Assembly (NCBI GenBank): GCA_030867685.1 | Contig: JAQOWU010000008.1 | Coordinates: 930,001-994,000 of the forward strand | From: Wickerhamiella versatilis | Lineage: Eukaryota | Direction: 5' to 3' | Length of the DNA: 64,000 nt | Shown here: one piece after another, positions 54,681-64,000 of the stretch | Numbering within the stretch: position 1 is the first letter of the stretch | How the letters are laid out: each line of letters opens with the position of its first letter | The notes under the pieces: model-generated | What the model saw: the letters and a program-made list of their open reading frames with translations, nothing else | The model's database searches: none | Told to the model about the DNA's origin: nothing | Made by a program: the position numbers and the translations under genes

Positions 54681-56552
54681 TTAACGTGTGACTTCTCGGA
54701 TGGTCGTCATAAATTCATCCTCACCCTCAGGTATACGTGGTTTATCAAGCTGTAAACATATTTGATCTGCATCTTCATAGAGCCAAGCCTCGTTCATTTT
54801 AAGAATCCCGAGACTAGCCCGGAGAAGGAATGAGTCTCCCTCAAATATAAATACATCCATAACCCGAGCCGCATGCTCTATAGGGAGCTGGGGGGCAAAA
54901 ACACCAGTAATAAGATTATTCAAATAATCCTGAGGCTTGAGGTCCAGTTTGTTAAAATGCTCATCTAAATGCGAGAAGTTCGAACGTAGAAACTTCATGA
55001 AGGACGAATAGTTTGCAGCAATTGTTTGCTCATGACCAGCGAGTATAGCATAATTAAGACTTGAAGGGTCGAGAAGGCTTATTATCGCTCCAGTCGCATC
55101 CAATTCACTCATATATAGCACAAATAACGCGGCTACCCCCAAAATTGAAAACTGATAAGGCACAGCCGGATAAGCTCCTAAGTAAGCTTGCACAACACGA
55201 CAAGTGGACTCATGCAATGCGTGACCAGCACCGAAAAGGCCCAATTCGGGCCACACGCGCTCACTATCACTGGCAATCACCTTTAAGTCACCACTGAGCG
55301 TGAAAGCACTTGGTTGGTTTGGACGTGAAAATAACACCTTTTTCCATACTTGAGGCCGCAAATCCTGGGGGATCCCACGCCAGCGCAAATCCTTGAATTT
55401 ATGAGATGTTTTGCTGATGTGGCTTCCATTGGCGAGCCACTTAGTCCAGGAATGATGATCGCGTTTCCGCTGCTTTTCACGCTCCTCACGTTGCTTTAAT
55501 ATTGATTGGCTGTGCCGCTTCTCTTTGGCAACAGTTGCCGCAATCATTGTTTCATACTCCTGTAAATGCTTGCGTTCTTCCTCGGGATCCTTGGGAGGCA
55601 GGTTTTCAGGACGGGTCAGCGACGTCCGGCGGGAAGAGCTGGGCGATGAGGAGTCCTCATCTTCTGAGGCCGCAGGCAACTTAGGGGTAGGCAAAGGCAT
55701 ATCATCATGATCCTTTTCCCGCTCAGCGAACTGCAACGTGAGATCAGTTGCATCCACATCTAGCCCATCGATATGCTGATTTGGTAAATTTGCGGGATCC
55801 TGATACCGTCGACTGAAATGTTCCTGCGGCACAGGTGGTGCCGGCTTCCCTCGTCGACCACGTGGAGCAGTAGCAGTTTCATTAATGGCTGGAAGGCAAT
55901 GCGACTGTATTGGTACTGGTACCGCTCCACGGCGTTTGGCTTGTAATGGATGGATAGGTTGTTTTTGTTGATGCTGATTTGGGGCTCGTTGGACATCGCG
56001 ATGGCGCTTCTGTTGAGCCCACAGTGCTGGAGACATAGGCACATTGAACATGAGTCCGTCACCAGGCCATATGTCTTCACCGTCATCGTTATCGTACTCG
56101 CTTTCCCGCTGCTTTCTACGCGATCTCAATGAGGGCAGACGGGTTAATGTTTCGAGTGATGTGTTGTCTGGCAGTGATGCACGACGCGATGGCCGTCCAG
56201 TGGGCTTCGCGTGCCCAAATGATAATCTCAAACCTGCCTTCCCATCGGCCAGAGCTGGTGTCGACGCCGAGGACAAGGATGATCGGATGCTCGACGTGTC
56301 ACTTGTCAATGCAGGAGTAGCCATTTCCTCACTGCTTCCGGACGATCCGGGGCTGGAATGTGTGATTGATGCTAAAACCGAGTCATTGGACCATCTATGA
56401 GGACTCACTCCTGTCTGATTTACCTTGCCAAGAGGGGATGAAGTTTCGAATAAAGAAATATCCTCGAAGTCATCTGAACGAATGTGAAAACGACCTAGTG
56501 AATTATGCCTCTGTTCGCTTGTCACATGGCTATTCACCCGCGCAGGTACCAT
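54681..56552 (-). CDS. TBC/Rab-GAP-domain protein (Sbe2/Sbe22, TBC1D12/14-like)
   Basis: TRPENLPPKDPEEERKHL, WRGIPQDLRPQVW, ARVMDVFIFEGDSFLLRA. Confidence 0.75.
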   Translation of the reverse strand: MVPARVNSHVTSEQRHNSLGRFHIRSDDFEDISLFETSSPLGKVNQTGVSPHRWSNDSVLASITHSSPGSSGSSEEMATPALTSDTSSIRSSLSSASTPALADGKAGLRLSFGHAKPTGRPSRRASLPDNTSLETLTRLPSLRSRRKQRESEYDNDDGEDIWPGDGLMFNVPMSPALWAQQKRHRDVQRAPNQHQQKQPIHPLQAKRRGAVPVPIQSHCLPAINETATAPRGRRGKPAPPVPQEHFSRRYQDPANLPNQHIDGLDVDATDLTLQFAEREKDHDDMPLPTPKLPAASEDEDSSSPSSSRRTSLTRPENLPPKDPEEERKHLQEYETMIAATVAKEKRHSQSILKQREEREKQRKRDHHSWTKWLANGSHISKTSHKFKDLRWRGIPQDLRPQVWKKVLFSRPNQPSAFTLSGDLKVIASDSERVWPELGLFGAGHALHESTCRVVQAYLGAYPAVPYQFSILGVAALFVLYMSELDATGAIISLLDPSSLNYAILAGHEQTIAANYSSFMKFLRSNFSHLDEHFNKLDLKPQDYLNNLITGVFAPQLPIEHAARVMDVFIFEGDSFLLRASLGILKMNEAWLYEDADQICLQLDKPRIPEGEDEFMTTIREVTR

Positions 56553-56881
56553 GCCAAAACGAATGTGGTAAGTCCGTGGTTTGTGGAATTCCGAGGGCCA
56601 CAAAATTCCTGGGAAAGGGTAAAATTCTACCCGTGCCCTTGTTGCTAAGTTTTCGTTTATTAAGAGCATTTCTCCTATAACGTGTATCTATATATCTCAA
56701 CCCCGACAAGGGTGTGAGTAAGTTCCAAAAAAGGCCTAAGGGAGCCTTTCAAAGGCACGACTATTTAGTTTTCTGATCAAAAGCTAGTTTTATATTGCGA
56801 TCCTCTCTAGAACCATTCGAATCAGTCGCCCAGTTGACGTCTGGGTAGCCCTAGCCCTGCGGTTCGCGACTGTATTAAGGG

Positions 56882-57135
56882 ATATGTAAGACATGTTGAG
56901 TGTAAGCTGCACAGCTACTATCGCAGCTTCGAAACTGAAACATGGCATAGTGACATGTCTTACGTATTAATCTATTATAAGGTTTGATCTAGTTGGGTAA
57001 TCGCGTTAAAATTCGTAGATCGCAGGTCCAATATGACCAGATCCATGTTGGTGGCTGGTTCTGAAGTGGGCGGTGAAGCAAGCAGAAGCTCCCAAGCACT
57101 TAATGATGAAGACAGGCGCCAGCCTTCAGACATGT
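56882..57135 (+). ncRNA. Candidate structured RNA upstream of KRR1 (class uncertain, snoRNA-like)
   Basis: 16-bp stem 56882-56897/56952-56967 plus further hairpins; see findings. Confidence 0.3.
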
Positions 57136-57163
57136 AAGAAAGTGCTCCCATTTGATTACATAA

Positions 57164-58102
<939 letters not shown>

Positions 58103-58136
58103 GAATAATTTATTGGGTCGTTCGTGTATCTGTCCA

Positions 58137-59291
58137 TTACAGTTGGCCACACCAAGGTCTCCCATCGTTTTTTTGATAAGAGCAAAGTGCAGGTTCGAGC
58201 CAAAGGGAAATCAATCCAGCAATGACTATGCCGCAGGAGTCAGAGACTGCGACCGCCCCCATGGCAAACTCCCTGTGATCCTCGGATATCTCTTCGGACA
58301 CGCACATGAAGGTGTTTACATAGGAAAAGCCACCAAGCAGCCCCTCATAAAAGATCATCAAGAATACTAAATATATGTTGGGCAATATCATAGCGATGCT
58401 CTGCGAGATAAGAAGAATCAAATTTAGCATTTGCAACCCTGCAATAATCCATAGTTTGTACAGCCTGAAGTATAATGCAGATGACCGGGAAATAAACACA
58501 CCGACCTGGTATAATGTTCCGTAAGCTACGTATGCGTCGCGAAATGTTCGCACTGGCATTTCCTGTAGTGGAAAAAGTAATGTTGGGGAGACTCCCTGGT
58601 TAATTGCATACTCCGCGAAGTATACCGTTGATAGTGGCAGTATATATGGAACAATTAATGGCTTCAGGAGTTGAATTGCGGTGGAGGAGGAAAAGTCCTC
58701 CATTTCGTGTATGCTTGGAGAGGGTCTGCGCGGTTTAGGACTTCGCGGCAGCAAAACGGCATAAATAAGTTGGAGTAGGAGTGGAAGCATACTAAATATA
58801 AGCAGTGCGGTGTGTGTGTTGACCTGGAGCCAGGACGTAAGTGCCATGTACAAGAACGCACCAACCAGCCCTGCTGCACCAGTGCCACTAGACCATCCGT
58901 GTATTGCACTCCCTTCATAGTAATGGGTTAGCTGCAGAAATGTGATTTCACCGAGTCCACTGGATGCAGAGGCCATCATGACCCCAATGAGACGCGACGG
59001 AACCGCGGTCAGCAAGGCAATGAAAAGCATTCCGAACACGCTTAGAGCTACTGCTGTACCCACCCGAATGCCATACGGTACACGATGCAAAAAAAATGGG
59101 GCAGTGAGCTTCAAAACAAAAGAGGGAAGGACATCAGCTAAGAGCACCACTCCCTTCGGCGTACGCGCACCAACCAAATCAACTGCAGCTGAGAGAATCA
59201 CCACATATAACACGTTATTCAGTAATCCAAGCCCCCAGAAGCACGCTGTAACGCGAGCATCAAGATTTAGACGTATCATACTGGTCATCAT
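58137..59291 (-). CDS. YHC3: Battenin/CLN3 vacuolar membrane protein
   Basis: FWGLGLLNNVLYVVILSAA, GWSSGTGAAG, YFAEYAINQG, YEGLLGG. Confidence 0.94.
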   Translation of the reverse strand: MMTSMIRLNLDARVTACFWGLGLLNNVLYVVILSAAVDLVGARTPKGVVLLADVLPSFVLKLTAPFFLHRVPYGIRVGTAVALSVFGMLFIALLTAVPSRLIGVMMASASSGLGEITFLQLTHYYEGSAIHGWSSGTGAAGLVGAFLYMALTSWLQVNTHTALLIFSMLPLLLQLIYAVLLPRSPKPRRPSPSIHEMEDFSSSTAIQLLKPLIVPYILPLSTVYFAEYAINQGVSPTLLFPLQEMPVRTFRDAYVAYGTLYQVGVFISRSSALYFRLYKLWIIAGLQMLNLILLISQSIAMILPNIYLVFLMIFYEGLLGGFSYVNTFMCVSEEISEDHREFAMGAVAVSDSCGIVIAGLISLWLEPALCSYQKNDGRPWCGQL

Positions 59292-59473
59292 ACTGGTCCC
59301 TATTATCTGTGCTTATCTATCAATAGTCACATAACCTGGGTGTCCCAGGAACACTCAAAACATATCTAATGTGACACAGTTCCATTCTAGCTGTTGTAGT
59401 GTAATATTTATCCTCCTTCTAAAAACGGCTGAGCGGTGGGTAAAATATTCACTGGAAGTGGTAAGTCGCACTT

Positions 59474-60235
59474 ATGCTTCTGCTCGCTTGGCTTGCGCCC
59501 GTAATTGCTGCCAATTGGGCCATATTGGTTGCGACTAGTGGCTTCTGGTACGATTACAGGCATACAACCAACGTATTGCTTCTTAATAGGCAGCTACGGG
59601 CGCTCGGAATACCCAGCAACAGAATAGTGGTACTCACAGCCGGCTCCACTGCATGTGACCCGCATAACCCGTTCCCCGGCCAGCACATGGGAGTCGAGGC
59701 AAACCTTTACGACGAATTTTCGCCTCATTTACGTGGCCATGCAGTGAGTCCTCTCTCCTTAGCCGAGACACTTACCGACCTAAGGTCTGACGACCAGTCA
59801 GATGTCTTTTTGTACATCACGGGCCATGGCGGCCCGGGATTCATAAAGTTTCAAGATTCAAAGGTCCTCAGTGCAGAAAGCCTGCAAAAAATCATTGACG
59901 TTATGAAAATAAAACGCAAATTTCGGAGAATGTTACTGGTTGTAGATTCATGTTCGTCTGAAACCATGAAAGTCAATGGTGTTTCATTTGTGAGTTCTAG
60001 CGAAACCGGAAAAAGCTCCTACAGCGTCACTCATGACCGAACTCTCGGTACCTCGCCGGTTGATCAGTTCACTTTGGAGTTTGCCGCAAAGCTAGATAAA
60101 GGACTTTCATTGGAGAAGAGTATAGAGTCTCTAGAAGGATTGAGATCAAACCCAGTGGTTTCTGGCTCCCCAATATCAAATCTTACAGCTTTTTTAAAAG
60201 ATGAATCTTCAGTTATTCTAGACACTCAGATTTAA
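59474..60235 (+). CDS. Divergent, C-terminally short Gpi8-like C13 peptidase (GPI transamidase family)
   Basis: Signal peptide, NWAILVATSGFWYDYRH, YITGHGG..FIKFQD, VDSC; no C-terminal TM. Confidence 0.78.
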   Translation: MLLLAWLAPVIAANWAILVATSGFWYDYRHTTNVLLLNRQLRALGIPSNRIVVLTAGSTACDPHNPFPGQHMGVEANLYDEFSPHLRGHAVSPLSLAETLTDLRSDDQSDVFLYITGHGGPGFIKFQDSKVLSAESLQKIIDVMKIKRKFRRMLLVVDSCSSETMKVNGVSFVSSSETGKSSYSVTHDRTLGTSPVDQFTLEFAAKLDKGLSLEKSIESLEGLRSNPVVSGSPISNLTAFLKDESSVILDTQI

Positions 60236-60321
60236 CGATTCCGCCGTATAGGATTAGTAAGCTGCTCGCTTCGAACCATTGCTGGGCTAGGTTAAGGTCT
60301 GGAACTGGACTACATAAGTGA

Positions 60322-62001
<1,680 letters not shown>

Positions 62002-62107
62002 AAAACTGTATTAGTTAGTAGTTATAAGTTTAGCAAACAAAAATTTAAGACCTTAATATATATACTGATGTTACGTTAAAATTCCACGCTTGGTGGCGGG
62101 CGTCACA

Positions 62108-63874
62108 TTAAACGCTGTGATCGATATCCTCGACACTCAGCTTGTGGGATAGGCTAGAAGATGAACCTGTGGTTTTTGCTGTATCTCCTGAAGCTGGGGT
62201 AGATTTCGAGGGGGATATGATACCTTTACGGAGATTACTTAGGTTCTCCTTGACCAAATCCATGGTTCGCATTTCAAAGATGTCGTCAATTTCTTCCAAG
62301 GTCTTTCCTTTTGTTTCAGGCATGAACAATAGCTGGTAGAAAAACCCAAGAATGGCTAGGCCACCATAGAATCCCCAGGTGAGACCCGTATACTTCATTG
62401 CTGTAGACATTCTAGTGAAGTTATACGTTACAATCCAGTTCCACAAAAATACGGAAGTGGAGCAGATGGCCATCCCTTGTGCGCGGGTACGTAGGTTGAA
62501 ACTTTCTGCCGGAACAACCCAGGTAAGACAGGCATAAGATCCAAAGAACCATTCATATAGAATCATTCCGGTGAAATAGACACCCATTGATGCTCTTTTA
62601 CCACTGGGGTCATTGTCCCAGTCAGTGGATTCCTGCTTCAAGTAACCGATACCTACAAGCATAAGGCCGAAGAAGAATAGAAGAATGTTTTGGGCCCACA
62701 CACGCCGACCAAACTTGTCCATATATAGAATGGCAGGAATGGCTCCGAGCCACAGGGCACCGCCACCTACCAAAGACATGGCATTCGCCTCCTTCGGTTC
62801 GAAGTTCATCTTTGACATCAAGGTAGACATATTGTAGAGGATAGCGTTCACACCTGTCATTTGCCCGAGGCATTCCATTATGTTGGAATAGACCAGTGCT
62901 CGTCTGTTGCGGGGAATAGTGAAGAGCTCGAACCAGCGCACATACCATTTCTCCTGGCTGCTAAGTTCAGTTTCCCGATTTGCAGTTTCTCGCATTTCAA
63001 GATATTCGAGGAGTGCTTCTGGCTGGTTGACATCGCGTAGTTGCTTCCACACATGCCAGCCTAAGCCAGCCTTACCTTTCGACACTAGCCATCTTGGTGA
63101 CTCGGGAAGGAAAAGGAGACCAATAAATAGAATGGTCGAAAAAACCAGTGAAGATCCGAGCATGTATCTCCAGCTTCCCTTGACGTCGAAAAATATGCAA
63201 CCAATCGAATAACCTAAAACCTCGCCGAATGCAATGTTAAATTGATACATCGAAACTAGATTTCCACGAACATCAGGAGGAACACATTCCGAGATGTAAA
63301 TACCGACACATCCACCTTCGATACCAACACCAACGCCTAAAATAAATCTTCCGGCGAGCAACATCCCAACGCTTCGAGCTCCAGCACAGAGCCCTGCTCC
63401 CAAAGTATACCAGAGACAAGAAATGATCAAGGAATTCCTTCTTCCGAAGAAATGGTTAAGTGGCATCATCATCATCGATCCTCCCATGGCTCCTAGCGGC
63501 ATTAGTGAACTCACGAGGGATTGATCGTCATCGTCCACTTTAGGAGCAACATAATCCTTTGCTCCATTGGTTCCTGTATGATAAGCACTCGCACCACTAA
63601 TGACGGACTGGTCAATACCAGAAAGAATTCCTGCGAACGATGCAAATACTCCGAGTGTAATGACAAGCTGCTTTGTTGACTTGAACGTAACCGGAATACG
63701 CTTTGTTAAAAAACGCCACCATAGAGTTTCTCCTGCCTTCTGCTCCTTAGCCTCTTCGTCAAGGTCAGCAACGCGTTGCTGGAGGTCTCCATGGTTCATA
63801 TTTGCAAACTGTAGCTCATCGAGCTTTGGCTCGGGATGCTCAAAGTGATCAACAACAGCGAATTTCTCTTCCAT
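62108..63874 (-). CDS. FSY1: Fsy1-like high-affinity fructose/H+ symporter (sugar porter, MFS)
   Basis: SGIDQSVISGA, LVSSLMPLGAM, GVGVGIEGGCVGIYISE, MYQFNIA, ELFTIPRNRRAL, PETKGKTLEEID match recalled Fsy1 sequence. Confidence 0.85.
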   Translation of the reverse strand: MEEKFAVVDHFEHPEPKLDELQFANMNHGDLQQRVADLDEEAKEQKAGETLWWRFLTKRIPVTFKSTKQLVITLGVFASFAGILSGIDQSVISGASAYHTGTNGAKDYVAPKVDDDDQSLVSSLMPLGAMGGSMMMMPLNHFFGRRNSLIISCLWYTLGAGLCAGARSVGMLLAGRFILGVGVGIEGGCVGIYISECVPPDVRGNLVSMYQFNIAFGEVLGYSIGCIFFDVKGSWRYMLGSSLVFSTILFIGLLFLPESPRWLVSKGKAGLGWHVWKQLRDVNQPEALLEYLEMRETANRETELSSQEKWYVRWFELFTIPRNRRALVYSNIMECLGQMTGVNAILYNMSTLMSKMNFEPKEANAMSLVGGGALWLGAIPAILYMDKFGRRVWAQNILLFFFGLMLVGIGYLKQESTDWDNDPSGKRASMGVYFTGMILYEWFFGSYACLTWVVPAESFNLRTRAQGMAICSTSVFLWNWIVTYNFTRMSTAMKYTGLTWGFYGGLAILGFFYQLLFMPETKGKTLEEIDDIFEMRTMDLVKENLSNLRKGIISPSKSTPASGDTAKTTGSSSSLSHKLSVEDIDHSV

Positions 63875-64000
63875 GGCCGAAAGATTTCTAACAAACAGGT
63901 TCTGGTGTTTGGGTGTGCTCTTTAAATACTGAAGGAATTTGGAAGTTGGGAACCAGAGTCATTATGCCCTTAAAATTCTCCTTAGTCATTGCAGAAAATC

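Overview
Eukaryotic, very gene-dense budding-yeast chromosome segment. It has about 42 protein-coding genes in 64 kb, only three clear spliceosomal introns (46-60 nt), and several intergenic gaps under 60 nt. The compaction, Yarrowia-like intron architecture and an FSY1 fructose symporter suggest a Dipodascomycetes yeast, possibly Wickerhamiella/Starmerella (inference, not proven). Most genes are recognisable housekeeping genes: RFA2, SCT1/GPT2, BET3, ETT1, MET1, APE3, STT3, EGD2, UBC13, PAB1, CHD1, KSP1, GPI7, SYO1, TRM11, HRP1, ASF1, SHQ1, DPH1, KRR1, YHC3, PGI1, FSY1. Family calls come from recalled motifs, not database searches. I saw no tRNA, rRNA, CRISPR, transposon or bacterial-type operon. 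The most notable unexplained feature is an ~800-nt ORF-poor, extensively self-complementary region between CHD1 and KSP1 (~32480-33270). It looks like a large structured ncRNA with telomerase-RNA-like architecture, probably on the minus strand. Also notable: a second structured region upstream of KRR1, a spliced ECM19-like microprotein gene missed by the ORF track, divergent gene pairs only 22-55 nt apart, a recurring telobox-like promoter motif, and degenerate GPI8-like and NUS1-like genes.
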